A DNA stretch of 62,563 nt, filler included, from Globobulimina sp. (taxonomy: Eukaryota): NCBI GenBank assembly GCA_003354225.1. It is 38 parts of 38 records of this genome, joined end to end, with 100 filler letters (N's around TTAATTAATTAA, not from the genome) between each part and the next. Parts side by side here need not be neighbours in the genome. Positions count along the whole stretch, not along the records: positions 11,552 to 13,101 come from PIVH01014946.1; positions 13,202 to 14,751 come from PIVH01014947.1; positions 14,852 to 16,401 come from PIVH01014948.1; positions 16,502 to 18,051 come from PIVH01014949.1; positions 18,152 to 19,701 come from PIVH01014950.1; positions 19,802 to 21,351 come from PIVH01014951.1; positions 21,452 to 23,000 come from PIVH01014952.1; positions 23,101 to 24,649 come from PIVH01014953.1; 30 more parts are not named here. One strand, given 5' to 3'. Positions 12,055-23,963 of this stretch are shown here, in pieces. The notes under the pieces were generated by a model. It had not been told where the DNA came from. It worked only from the letters and a program-made list of their open reading frames with translations, and did no database searches. The position numbers and the translations under genes were made by a program. The stretch's first letter is position 1; every line of letters starts with the position of its first letter.

Positions 12055-12552
12055 TTATTGTTGAAAACTATGCATTTTAGCTTTGTCGGATAGGCCCATC
12101 GCATGTGCTTTTGTCCATTGTTTTGCAGTGATATCAAATTGTCGTCGATCTGATTTATAAACCTGTGCTACTTCACCAACCAATGGATCATCAGCATTGG
12201 GATCAGTCAACAATGACACTATGGATAATAATACTTTTTGTATGGTCAATACAGGCGACCAGTTTCCTTTCAATATGTCGAGACAAATGGAACCATTCGA
12301 GGCGATATTACAATGATATATTTTTGTTTTAAATGTCACATTGGGCGGTTTTATTGGATAATTTCTTGGGAAATTGATAAATAAATGAAATATTCCACCT
12401 TCAAATGGTGAGTCCTTTGGTCCTTCGATATATGCCTCCCACTCAAATAAATTAGTTCCTTTCCCGCGTAATTTGGCTGCACATCCTGGCACTTGATCTT
12501 TGGTTATTCGTTCTAATTCGCGACGAAGTCTTTTTTCTGGTTTGGCTGGCAT
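12055..12552 (-). CDS. Ubiquitin-conjugating enzyme E2 (UBC4/UBE2E-like)
   Basis: GPKDSPFEGG, YPIKPP, IYHCNIASNGSICLDILK, DPNADDPL. Confidence 0.95.
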   Translation of the reverse strand: MPAKPEKRLRRELERITKDQVPGCAAKLRGKGTNLFEWEAYIEGPKDSPFEGGIFHLFINFPRNYPIKPPNVTFKTKIYHCNIASNGSICLDILKGNWSPVLTIQKVLLSIVSLLTDPNADDPLVGEVAQVYKSDRRQFDITAKQWTKAHAMGLSDKAKMHSFQQ

Positions 12553-12683
12553 TGTATTCCTTTTTTAGTATTTGTTTATGGTATTCCGTTTAGAACAATA
12601 GTTTAAAGGATGGTTACAAACTTTACAACGATGACTCAAAAGTAAAAAACTGTTTTAAGTAGTAATAAATAAAACATTTTTTA

Positions 12684-13101
12684 TTAATAGTATATTATTG
12701 TTTTTTCGGGAACAACATTTATTGACAATTTTTTTGCATCGCTGTTAAGTTGACACCATAGATGCGATAATGTGTCAATTACATGTTTCTTCTCTTTGGT
12801 TCTATATCGATAATCATATTCCTGCGGAATATGTATTGCGAATTCGTTACTTGTATTTGATGTGGTGATGGAAGCAATTCTTTTGAGATCAATACGTCTC
12901 TGGCATTTACGGAGACATTTTCTTTTCATATTATACAAAGCCTTATCGGTTAACAATAAAATTCTGTCTTGGGACATTCCTTTTTTATTAATTTTAATAA
13001 CATCTCTTGAGAGTACAACCTTTTCTTTTATAGGGAAATTGTCACCCATTTTAGCCAACATTTTTAGCACATCTTTATTTTCTGCTAACTCCAATATATC
13101 G
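12684..13101 (-). CDS. Myosin TH1/PH-like domain protein (partial)
   Basis: VIKINKKG..QDRILLLTDKALYN...RRIDL...S...EFAIHI..EYDYR. Confidence 0.7.
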
Positions 13102-13202
13102 NNNNNNNNNNNNNNNNNNNNNNNNNNNNNNNNNNNNNNNNNNNNTTAATTAATTAANNNNNNNNNNNNNNNNNNNNNNNNNNNNNNNNNNNNNNNNNNN
13201 NG

Positions 13203-14671
13203 GGTAGAAACGAAAAGGCGCGGCGCCAAAAGACGCGGCGCCGAAAAAGGCGCGGCGCCAAATGACGCATTACCCAGAAAGACGAAACGGCGCTTTACGC
13301 GGTTTAAAACGGCGGTCACAGTATAAATAGCTTTTTGCGAATGCGGAAATCAGTGGAACGCTTTGTGCGTGTGTTGTGTGGTTTGCTTTCATTATTTTTA
13401 TTTCCGAAAATATTATTTTCATAAAAATTGTCAATTATTAAAATGGATAATAATGCAGAAATTCAACAAGAGAATATTATTATAGAAGGTTAGTAGATTC
13501 AACGTTTTATTATTTGACATTCTTCAGACTGTCTTTATTTAAGATATGAATGCTACACAATCAATGTTACTAGGACCACCTCTACAATTCAGTACTCCTA
13601 TAAGACGAATATCTTCAATGTCATCAATCAATAATGTTTCTCCAAATCTAATTGATCTCACTCAATCCAGTCCAAATGACAAGTATGTACCTATATATTT
13701 TATAAGCGATTTTATGTATTGTTTCCTGTTGATGAATACTGAGCGAACTATGTATGTACATGTTTCATTGAAAAGTATTGTATGCATAGTACAGTACAGT
13801 ATGTATACTGCATTTACTATATATAGCCATTTTGTACATACTGTACTGTATAAATAGATTTTCCATTCATTTCAGATGCGTCTCCCAGAAGATGCAGTGC
13901 CACCAGATGACATCGCTATTGCACACTGGGAAAGATTTTGGGTCCCAAACAAAAATGATTGGTCAGCTCCCGGAAACTTGCAATATCGGCTGACGCATGC
14001 CAGATTCAGCTGTGTTACCAAACGTTACCCGTATTTTTTCTCCAATTTTCTAGACGCTGACGTTGAAGTCAAAGAAAAACTTAACCCAGTCCATGAAGTA
14101 CACCTCTCAGAGCAACTAGGCGTCGATTTTTTAAATCATTTTGTTTAAATTTCGTTAGTTAGTGATAAAACACATTGTTAGGTACATGTAGTGATTTGAT
14201 ATATGACATAATAATAGAGTGATAACATAATAATAATGTGATAACACACGATTGTTAGTGCACTTTTTCTTGATTAGATTCCTTTGCGCGTGATGTTTTT
14301 GGCGTGATTTCGTTCTCTTGTAAAGTGTCGTAATACATTATACTATTATTATAATAATGTTGATTTTTTGCCATGTATTTTTGAAAAATTAGCAGTTGTT
14401 TATTGTGCGCGTTAAATTTGTATCATATGCATAGTAATTCGCTTATTTTGTTTCTTGATATGCGTATCTCCACATCGTGCATTTTAAAGTAAAAACATTC
14501 TTCTAAAAATTTCGTTTTTTTGTTCATATACCGTATATGACATAGCTTAACACATGGGCGCTATATTTAAACCGCGTAAAGCGCCGTTTCGTCTTTCTGG
14601 GTAATGCGTCATTTGGCGCCGCGCCTTTTTCGGCGCCGCGTCTTTTGGCGCCGCGCCTTTTCGTTTCTACC
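13203..14671. mobile_element. Non-autonomous TIR DNA transposon (Mutator/Foldback-like), 1469 bp
   Basis: 106-bp apparently perfect TIRs (13203-13308/14566-14671) built from GC-rich AAAAGGCGCGGCGCC subrepeats. Confidence 0.85.
13443..14148 (+). CDS. Intron-containing gene inside the TIR element
   Basis: TATAAA at 13322; ATG 13443; in-frame intron 13489-13543; boundaries of second intron (~13683-13875) uncertain; last exon PPDDIAIAHWERFW...CVTKRYPYF. Confidence 0.5.
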
Positions 14672-14682
14672 GAGAAATCGGT

Positions 14683-14751
14683 GGTAGAGACGTAAAGACG
14701 CAACGCCAAAAGGCGCAACGCCGCAGTGCGAGAATTAAAACAGCGCCCACG
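14683..14751 (+). mobile_element. Start of a second, related TIR
   Basis: GGTAGAGACGTAAAGACGCAACGCCAAAAGGCGC resembles GGTAGAAACGAAAAGGCGCGGCGCC; cut by the contig end. Confidence 0.6.
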
Positions 14752-14851
14752 NNNNNNNNNNNNNNNNNNNNNNNNNNNNNNNNNNNNNNNNNNNNTTAAT
14801 TAATTAANNNNNNNNNNNNNNNNNNNNNNNNNNNNNNNNNNNNNNNNNNNN

Positions 14852-15208
14852 TATTACCAACAGAAGAAATATAAAAAAGCCAAAGATTTTTTTAATGCTA
14901 CAATCAAATACATATCAAGTGATTGTTATAATTCTTGGGAATCGACATTCTTTAATTTAGGACATTGTTATAGGAAATTAAAGCAATATAATGATGCATT
15001 ACAATGTTATAATAAATCATTAAATATATCACCGAGAGATCCTATGATATTATCGGCGATTGCATTCACATTTCATTTACAAAATAAACTTGATAAAGCC
15101 ATAACGTATTATCACAAAGTATTGTCGTTACAACCGCATGATACATTTGCAAATGAAATGTTACATAGAGCTCTTCAAACTGCTACGAGTCAAATTGAAA
15201 TACCTTGA
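14852..15208 (+). CDS. CDC16: APC/C subunit 6 C-terminal TPRs (5' partial)
   Basis: WESTFFNLGHCYRKLKQY...YHKVLSLQPHDTFANEML; absent from the ORF track. Confidence 0.85.
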   Translation, partial: YYQQKKYKKAKDFFNATIKYISSDCYNSWESTFFNLGHCYRKLKQYNDALQCYNKSLNISPRDPMILSAIAFTFHLQNKLDKAITYYHKVLSLQPHDTFANEMLHRALQTATSQIEIP

Positions 15209-15434
15209 TTTTTCTGTGTTTTTTAGTTGTTGTTTTTTGGGTTATTTATGGTCATAAAAATATCATATGTTTGTTTTAAATATAAACGCTTTATGTGTGA
15301 TAACAAATAATATTATAAACTTGCACGCACACACACACATGCAACAAATTGAATAAAATAATAAAAAAAATTGAAACTGGGTGCTTATGTTAAGTTTTTA
15401 TGTTGAAACATTGTTTAGTCATTTTTTTATTTGT

Positions 15435-16029
15435 TTAAGCACCGATACCACATTCGACACAAAATGCAATTCCAGATCTACGAATCCTATTTGGTGGATA
15501 TTTCTGTTTATTCCTTCGTTTCGATCCGGGTATAAAATCAATATAAAAAGCAGTTGTTATCTTATTTTGTATTATTGTTGGTCCCATCGGTACGTCTCCT
15601 TCATCGTCAATTTTAAGTGTTGTTTTTTTTCCATTATCAACCATCATTCCTTTATTTTTGTGTTTGTTATTATTTGTATTATTGATTATGTTATTTGGGC
15701 GGAAATTAACTTGTCGAATGATTCGCTATTTTAATTTTCTTATTTGGACTGCACTCCTTTAAAACTCGAGAATAATTACAATTTTTACTAAAACCCGTCT
15801 GTGAATATGATCGCTTTCTTGCTTGGTTTGATGCATTTGATGTATGTGATTTACATGCAATTGTTTTGTTTGTTTTATTAAATGATGTTTGTGCGAATGT
15901 TCTTGTGAGTGTTGTAATTGTTCGTCGTTGTTTTTTACGAGGATGTGTAGAGCCAACATTCCAGATTTCAATATTTTCAGCGTCAAACTCATTACGTGAT
16001 CGTTTACGGCGAACTATAGTTGCAGCCAT
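15435..16029 (-). pseudogene. Basic low-complexity ORF with apparent frameshift near 15730
   Basis: MAATIVRRKRS ORF continues in another frame into MMVDNG. Confidence 0.35.
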
Positions 16030-16501
16030 ATTAATTATTACAATAACTCAATATAATGGCAGCGATGCAGTTGGGATTATCAAAAAAGATTTCCAAAACA
16101 GTTTTTTAAAAAACCTTAAGTTGAGTAAATTATTCTTATCTTATTTGCACGGAACACCAATCATTTGCAATTGTCAGCTGCAATAACATTATATACAATC
16201 TGTCATAAGAGCATCTGATTTTCATCGTCAGATTTTTATTGGGTGTACAAAGGTAGAAGCAAACTGTTTATGGTGACTGACAAAGGTAACAATTATACGC
16301 CTGAGGTTTGCCTTCGTTTCTCAGAAACAATAAATATCGACGCACTGAAATTGGAATATTGGATTTTTTCGAATTAAGAATAGAAATATATTAATAACAA
16401 ANNNNNNNNNNNNNNNNNNNNNNNNNNNNNNNNNNNNNNNNNNNNTTAATTAATTAANNNNNNNNNNNNNNNNNNNNNNNNNNNNNNNNNNNNNNNNNNN
16501 N

Positions 16502-16854
16502 TTACCTGTTCTGGATTAAATGCTGGGATTTTTTGTACGGAACCTTTCGATGTTGGCATAAAGAATTGCGGAGGAAAGTATTTAGCTCTATGTCTGTGTA
16601 TGTAATTAAATATTAATTGACAAAAAATAACTAATGAAGATATTAATCATTTTTCATACCCCATTTTGTAAATTCTGCTGCCTTGTTTAAAGAACCATGT
16701 TGGATATGAACTTGGCATTATTCCAAAACGTCAATAATTTTATGAAATTTCCGTTGACATTAGACGAAAGTCAACTAAGTTCGGAGCTTTAAAAGTTAGA
16801 AACCCTTAATTCTTAATTTTATGAAAAACTGCAATGTTAATCCAGAACAGGTAA
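16502..16854. mobile_element. MITE-like element, ~353 bp
   Basis: Perfect 18-bp inverted repeat TTACCTGTTCTGGATTAA (16502-16519/16837-16854), non-coding interior. Confidence 0.65.
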
Positions 16855-16924
16855 TGTTAATATAGAAATATTACGATTTGGTGTTATATTACTATTAACA
16901 TTTCCGTCTCATATTCTATCAATA

Positions 16925-18048
16925 TTAAATATCACTTTTGTATGGTCGGCAATGACCATAATTTTGGGGCAAATTTAAATTTGTTTGTCTGTATAACAAG
17001 TAATAAGCACTCCCACCATACGCAATATCAAATTCATTTTCACTCAATTCTCTAACTTGACTATCATCGAAGCGATACCATTTCTCATTACCAAATGGTT
17101 TAATAAACGCAAAATTGTGTCCTCCCAAAGCACCACCACGCAGTCCGCCGCTATGGAGTACAACCGCATATATCGTATATTTCAAATCATTAATGTTTTT
17201 AATTTCATTCAACATTTTTTCATCCACAAATCCAATCAAATCTAACTGATTTGGAAAGGTTACCTTATGCTTTAATTTAACCATTCGGTGAGCTGTCCAG
17301 TCGTAGGCAAATCTTTTTAAATGTATGAACAAAATCGGTGCCATTTTTTTAAGTTTACACCCTTTTCTAAAATCCTGTTTTATGTTACATTTCTGACAAA
17401 TCACTTGATTGCTCCCATCCAATAATTCCGAACTAAAGAACTCTTGCAATGCCTCTTCTAAATTATCAATGTTCCGAATTGTTACTGATAAATCTAAATA
17501 AGAATCCTCTGTAAAGTTGTGCCAATGACAAACTTGACACTCTAAGGAACCCAACAATATACAATTAAACATATTGCCAAATGAAATACCCTCTGCTCGT
17601 GATGTTGCATCTAGCAAATGTCTTATCGTATGCTTATTTATTTATAATTTTATATTATATTATTAATTATTTATATGACACAAACCTGAACAGTCTGATA
17701 AAATGATAACTTACGATAACTTATCAATGATTTTGTGAGTGATTGCGTGGAACAGGCAGTCTTATTCGATTTATATAATCTCATAAATAGACATTGTAAT
17801 TGATATGCGACTGATATGTCAATGTGTTTTTTGTCAAATTTACATTTCCAATTAAATAATGATTGTCTAAATTCAGGAGTCATATATAAACATTGTATTG
17901 CACAGTTTAAATAGTCAGTGGAGCCCTGATTTGTTAATCCAATATAAGAGCGGTAGTAAAATTTAAAACAAAGATGATTAATTTCATCTGGGATAAGGAC
18001 TGTTGGAATTCCACGGGTATAGCCACATATTAACAATATAGTATTCAT
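16925..18048 (-). CDS. USP (peptidase C19) family protein with catalytic Cys replaced by Asp; intron 17633-17685
   Basis: GLTNQGSTDYLN Cys box, HLKRF, VVLHSG...GGH His box, WYRFDD. Confidence 0.85.
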
Positions 18049-18151
18049 TTTNNNNNNNNNNNNNNNNNNNNNNNNNNNNNNNNNNNNNNNNNNNNTTAAT
18101 TAATTAANNNNNNNNNNNNNNNNNNNNNNNNNNNNNNNNNNNNNNNNNNNN

Positions 18152-18330
18152 AGTGTTTTTAAATAGTACCAATAATGTAAATGATTTGTGGATGATGCAT
18201 CTAAGTATCCACTGTATTGTTTATAATTGGTGTTCCATGTTAAACCGGGTAGATTTGTAATTAAGTCTCCTGCTGGTTGTCCTTGAGAGGCAATAAAAAG
18301 AAGTGCTGATACAACAAGCTGCAACATCAT
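18152..18330 (-). CDS. Serine carboxypeptidase S10, N-terminal fragment
   Basis: Signal peptide then DLITNLPGL...YKQYSGYL...LHYW. Confidence 0.85.
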
Positions 18331-18497
18331 AATATAAATATGACTAGACAATAAAGAAAAACTCAAGTAAGGAAGAATAACATTTGTTTTTTAGCATAGA
18401 CTATTTAGCTCACCATCCTTTTGTTTCATTATTTATGATAAACTGCTATTACAAACATACCATACCATACAAGCATACAAGCGTACAAACATTAAAC

Positions 18498-19701
18498 ATG
18501 TTGAATTATCCGCAACATATCCAGCAGAATGCAACACAAAAAAATGTACAGCAAATTGCCACGCGATTGCAATTGCATAACATACAAGTTACTGAAAATT
18601 GCATACACATTTTGGACGATTGCGTAAAAAATGAAATACAAACACAAACCAAACCTCAGGAACATATGGAAGTAGCTCACCAACCAAAATATTATCGCAC
18701 CAATGTCAATGACCAGTTAAATACAGCAACAATTTATGTACATATACGGGTGATATACCCATATATAACACGTACACATACAAACAACGTACAACAATAA
18801 AGGAACCACAATCCAATTGCAGTGAGTACCGCTCATTACAGCTTATTCAACAAAACGAATCCATCCAAACAACGCATACCCTGCCATATCAACATCGGCC
18901 ACAACAACAACCACAAAAACATTGGCCATGGCAGCAAATACAACATCAACATCAATGCTCATTCGCCTCCAGACGCGAACAGCACAGTAAATATAGCAAA
19001 CACCATACAAACGCAAAAATATAAAGCCAGAGCCAACGCCATTGCCATTGCCAAGAAAAAGAAGCAGAAAAAAGATGCCTCGCCCTCCTCAAACAGCGCC
19101 TGTTCCCGTTATTCCTCCACTTCCTTGACTTCAACCTATAGCAACAGCGTTAGTCACATAACGGGATACAGCCAGAACAGCAACAGTTGTAATAGCAGTC
19201 GACTATCATCCCCAATCGAAGCAGGTTCCAAATCCAATTCCAACGCCAAGGCCCCGCCCAATAAGCCCATCATCGATAGCAACCCGAATCGGTCAGATCG
19301 ACAACGCCGAATACGATACGTGATAAACAACGAAGAGTTTCGATTGTGGGAATATTACAAACCGACCAAAGTGATCGGCATTGGTGCGTACGGCGTCGTG
19401 ATCGAAGCCATCGATCTACGCAATAACAACCGCATCGCCATCAAGAAGAACAAAAACATCTTCACCGACTTGGAAGACAGCAAACGTATATACCGCGAGA
19501 TGCGATTACTGCAACATTTCCATCACCAGAATGTCATCAATTTGTTGGACATCATACCGCCGGCCAGTCGCGAATGCGATGCATTCAATGATATCTATCT
19601 CGTGATGCCGCGCTTGGAAAATAACTTAAAAAACGTCATCATCCAAACGCAGACGTCAAAAACCCTGAAATTGCACGACTATCATCGGATGTTTATCGTG
19701 T
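18498..19701 (+). CDS. MAP kinase with long N-terminal extension (3' partial); probable intron 18716-18802
   Basis: IGIGAYGVV, IAIKK, KRIYREMRLL, FNDIYLV. Confidence 0.85.
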
Positions 19702-19801
19702 NNNNNNNNNNNNNNNNNNNNNNNNNNNNNNNNNNNNNNNNNNNNTTAATTAATTAANNNNNNNNNNNNNNNNNNNNNNNNNNNNNNNNNNNNNNNNNNN
19801 N

Positions 19802-21351
19802 CGTTCCAAATTGCTGTAAGTGGTTGTTTGTCATCAATGAATGTAAAAAAATACGGTCTGCCATTTTCCTGCCGTGCACCTTCAAAATAATAATGATATA
19901 AACCAGAATGGAGACCAATCCATGTTACAAATCCATTATTTTCAGGAGTTAAATGCAATGGAATGCCTTTATTGAAATCGTCCCAAGAACCCCAAATCCG
20001 TAACATATCCAATGCAGAGGTATCATAACCAAACATATGATGTAGCTTTGGTTCGGATGTCCATTCTCTCCATTCCGTCCATTCAATTCTTTCTATATTT
20101 TGATTATTATCATCGTCAGCAATATATTTACCGATATTTATTGAATCGGGATCTATGATCTCATCATCATTTATATATCCTTTTAAAATTATATCATTTC
20201 GGTCATATCCACGATATATAATATATTTACATTCTAATTGTTGGATAAACCAACAAAATGGTTGACAAATTGCATTATATTTGCTGTCTTTGCGCTGAAT
20301 AAATTTTGCAAAGCCAATATCGACACAGTTTATATCTGTGTTGGCTGCGAGTGCGGACAAAGTCGAATTTATATCGACAATATTTGTAATATTCGGTGTT
20401 TTGTCATTGATTATATCTTTTTCTTCATTCATATTTATTTCACTCAATTCGTCAGCAAATTGTTGCAATTCTGATATAGTTTTATCATTTTTATAAAGCG
20501 ATTGATTTTTGTTTAATTTCCCCGCAAAATATTGATCCCAATGTTCACTTCGTAATTTTGTATAATTTGGTGGCGATTTAATTTGATTAAGTTGCTGATG
20601 ACATTGTTGCTGACAGTTGGCACCACGCCGTCCAATGGCAATGCCACGAATATAATAATTAATTACTTGCGAGCCACCGTCAGAAAATGCTCGTTTCCAG
20701 CCAATAACAACACCGTTTCGATTTTGTTTAATAATCCATATTTTTTGTGGTTTTTCTGGTGGTCCAATGGGTGTTACTTTCAATGTAATGGCAGATGGAC
20801 TTAATCCATTTTTATTTGCACATTGCAACTCAGTCTCATATTGTACTGCATTTATAGCATTAAAATATACCTCTTCGACTTGGAAATGTTTAACTGTCGG
20901 AATTACCTCACGATACAACGAATATGCAATCAAATTCAAATGGAAATATCTTGAATTCTGATCCTCTCTTTTAATACAACAAAAATAGCAAAAACAAAAT
21001 AAAATATTATCATACATACATACATTTTGATTGGATGTATAGCAACGCGACAATTTATAATTTTTGAGCCACCATCATGCAAAGGTTCAGAAAATGATAA
21101 TTTAACACCGCCATTCAATCCAATTATTTCTAATATTCTGGGTGCATTTACAGGTTTCATTTGTCTATATTCCACTAAATATTTTAGTCTTTGATGAAAA
21201 TCTTCATCCGACCATTTTTTATCTTTTGCGTTACAAATTGCTAAATTATGTTGTTTACCTAATAAATTATCGGGTTCGTCAGCTTTTATATTCCAATTCG
21301 AATACAATTGTAATCGTTTATTATTTGGTCGACTTTTAACAAAAAATAATC
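19802..21351 (-). CDS. FN3-repeat plus CBM48 (AMPK-beta-type) protein (partial); intron 20968-21023
   Basis: Two DGGS-x-I/V FN3 signatures; WGSWDDF...GLYHYYF. Confidence 0.7.
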
Positions 21352-21451
21352 NNNNNNNNNNNNNNNNNNNNNNNNNNNNNNNNNNNNNNNNNNNNTTAAT
21401 TAATTAANNNNNNNNNNNNNNNNNNNNNNNNNNNNNNNNNNNNNNNNNNNN

Positions 21452-22697
21452 TCGATGGCTCGCCGCGTGACACTAAAAAAGGAAACATCACCCAACTCAC
21501 CAACAAAGTGACCCAAATCGTCAACGACCAAATCGACCAAATCCAGGAAACCACAGATAAATTATTACTCGCTGCCGATGATCACATCAGCTCATTATCA
21601 AAGAGTACCGGCATTGCATTTGCGCCCATTTCCATTCCATTAAAACGCCGCCGCCAAACCTTTGCCGTGTTAATGTGGAGCTTATTATATCCCATTGCTT
21701 TGTTATTGAACTTCGTAGCCTTTCGGTATTGGACTGGTTGGAAATTCTATGCCTATTTAATGTATTTAGCGTGGAAATTAATGTATCAATCTTTCCATCG
21801 CGACGGTGGTTTACCCATTCCATGGTTTCGCAATGCATTTTTTTGGAAGTGGTTCACGGACTTTTTCCCCATTGTTGTACATAAAACGTACGATTTAGAT
21901 GACAGTGGCGAGACTTCCTATCTTTTTGGGTACCATCCACATGGCATTATCGGTATGGGCGCAGTGGGAACCTTTGCTATGATGACGTCGGGGTTTCATC
22001 GGTTATTCCCTGGCGTGGATGTGCGGATTTTGACCTTGAAAATTAATTTTTTTGTGCCGTTTTTTGATTTAATTATTTCGTTTTTAGGCTTTTGCGATGC
22101 GAGTCGGGGGTCTTGCAACGCGATTTTATCGGATCCGGAACATAAATCTTTGTGTTTAGTGCTTGGTAAGTTTTTTGTGATGTTTTTTAATGTTTGCGTC
22201 CTTGCACACATGGATTTATGTTGGCTGTTGAACTTAAAGGTGGAGCTAAAGAGTCATTGGAAGCGAATCCAGGTAAAGTTATGTTGTATTTGAAGGACAG
22301 GAAAGGTTTCGTGAAAGTCGCGTTGGAGAATGCCGCTTCGTTGGTGCCTGTGTTTGGCTCTGGTGCGAATGCATCGTCAGACCAGATGCATACTCCGCAA
22401 GGCAGTTTGGTGCGGAAAATCCAAAATCAATTGCAAAAGAGGATGGGCTTTGCGTTGCCGTTGTTTCGTGGAAGGGGGATCTTTCAATATGATTATGGTT
22501 TGTTGCCAAAGAGGATAGCCATCGATGTGGTGTTTGGAAAACCAATCAAATGTCCAAAAATGACAAAGGAAATGATAACAGTGGATATCATTGATAAGTA
22601 TCATTCGATTTATATTCATGAATTGAAACAATTATTTGATGATAATAAGGAAAGGTATTATCCAAAAGATAAACAACCTGAAATGCATTTTTTTTGA
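21452..22697 (+). CDS. DGAT2: Diacylglycerol acyltransferase 2 (5' partial); intron 22166-22239
   Basis: FFP, YHPHG, GGAKE restored by splicing, RKGFVKVA, GLLP...VVFGKPI. Confidence 0.93.
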
Positions 22698-22762
22698 TGT
22701 TAACATTTTTGATTATTTTTATTTTGTTGTCCATTGCCATTGATGATCAGACTATCGTTGTG

Positions 22763-23000
22763 GAGCCTAGGTTTCCTAAATAGTAACTAAATAGTAGCAA
22801 TTTTTAGTTTTTGTAATGGAATAGCTACTAAAAAGTTGCGCAATATCAATTTGGCCTAGGACCTGGTCCTTAATTGCAATAAATTGCAATAACTCGAGAC
22901 TTGTCTGTGATCCATATTGTTGTGCTAAATAAGCTTGCGTTAAAAGCCCACAACTCAGGTCTAAATTGCAATAAATTGCAATAACCATATACCTAGGTCC
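22763..23000. repeat. Repetitive, possibly MITE-derived segment
   Basis: AATTGCAATAAATTGCAATAAC twice, CCTAGG three times, GGACCTGGT...ACCTAGGTCC imperfect inverted ends. Confidence 0.4.
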
Positions 23001-23100
23001 NNNNNNNNNNNNNNNNNNNNNNNNNNNNNNNNNNNNNNNNNNNNTTAATTAATTAANNNNNNNNNNNNNNNNNNNNNNNNNNNNNNNNNNNNNNNNNNNN

Positions 23101-23580
23101 CCTGACTTAGCAATATTGCTGAGCTATTCCAAGATGGTGTTTTACCAAGATATCATCTGTTCTGACATACTGAACGATTCCGTGTTGAACTGCTTTTATA
23201 TCAACTACTTTCCTGAGGTTATCCTAAGGGATTACCAGATTGAAGATTTTTGCCATCCGCTGAAAAAGGAGATTATTGGTACTGAGCTGGTGAACACCAT
23301 TGTCAACCGGGCAGGGATTACTTTGTTACCACGCATACTGTCGATTGTGAACGCCCGTCCGTCTGGCCTTCTCGTAGCCTATCTGGTCGCTGAACAAATA
23401 CTGCAAACTCAAAAAATCCGGCAACGCATCATGGACGAACTGAATGAGGTTTCTGTTCATTCAGTGTTTGCCCTGTTAATACATGTGGAAGATATTATTT
23501 GCGAGATGACGATGCGGATCTTAATCCGTTTCCAAGACAAACCCCTCGGTTTTTTTCTGATCGATGAATTAATATTATAG
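23101..23580 (+). CDS. Fragment of large bacterial-type NAD-glutamate dehydrogenase
   Basis: PDLAILLSYSK...YFP...HPLKKEII.TELVN.IVNRAG; CTG-rich codons and higher GC than other contigs. Confidence 0.8.
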   Translation, partial: PDLAILLSYSKMVFYQDIICSDILNDSVLNCFYINYFPEVILRDYQIEDFCHPLKKEIIGTELVNTIVNRAGITLLPRILSIVNARPSGLLVAYLVAEQILQTQKIRQRIMDELNEVSVHSVFALLIHVEDIICEMTMRILIRFQDKPLGFFLIDELIL

Positions 23581-23725
23581 AGTCTCTTGAACAGCTGTTT
23601 TCCAGTAATCTCTTGATTAGTTCCCTTTTTCCACCTTGGCTCGATATTCTCAAGGACTTGCATTTCTTTTTCAACACAGTGACACTCAATTTCTTTAAAT
23701 CAGACGGCGCAAAGTTACCAGACAT
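23567..23725 (-). CDS. SAP-domain protein N-terminus, truncated at junction
   Basis: LKKLSVTVLKKKCKSLRISSQGGKRELIKRL SAP consensus. Confidence 0.7.
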
Positions 23726-23963
23726 ACTATATTTCCTAGAACTCACTATTAACCCGACTTGTGCTGTAAGTGTATGTTAGTAGAGTGTAGAGTAAAATAC
23801 ATGCACAAAACAGTCTGCCTCAAGACAATGGTAGCTTGATATGCCCAACTCTGTTTTATTTATTCTAGTGTATTTGCTGCTGTTCTTAACGAGTTTAGTT
23901 TTTTCTTTCAGCCTCTCTTAAAACGAAATAATTCTAAACTAAATAAATAAATATCCATGGTAA

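Noticed and set aside
12055-12552. HCN instead of HPN in the E2
   Set aside because: Normal for UBE2E-type enzymes; the catalytic Cys is intact
14524-14718. 64-aa Arg-rich ORF
   Set aside because: Translation of the GC-rich TIR
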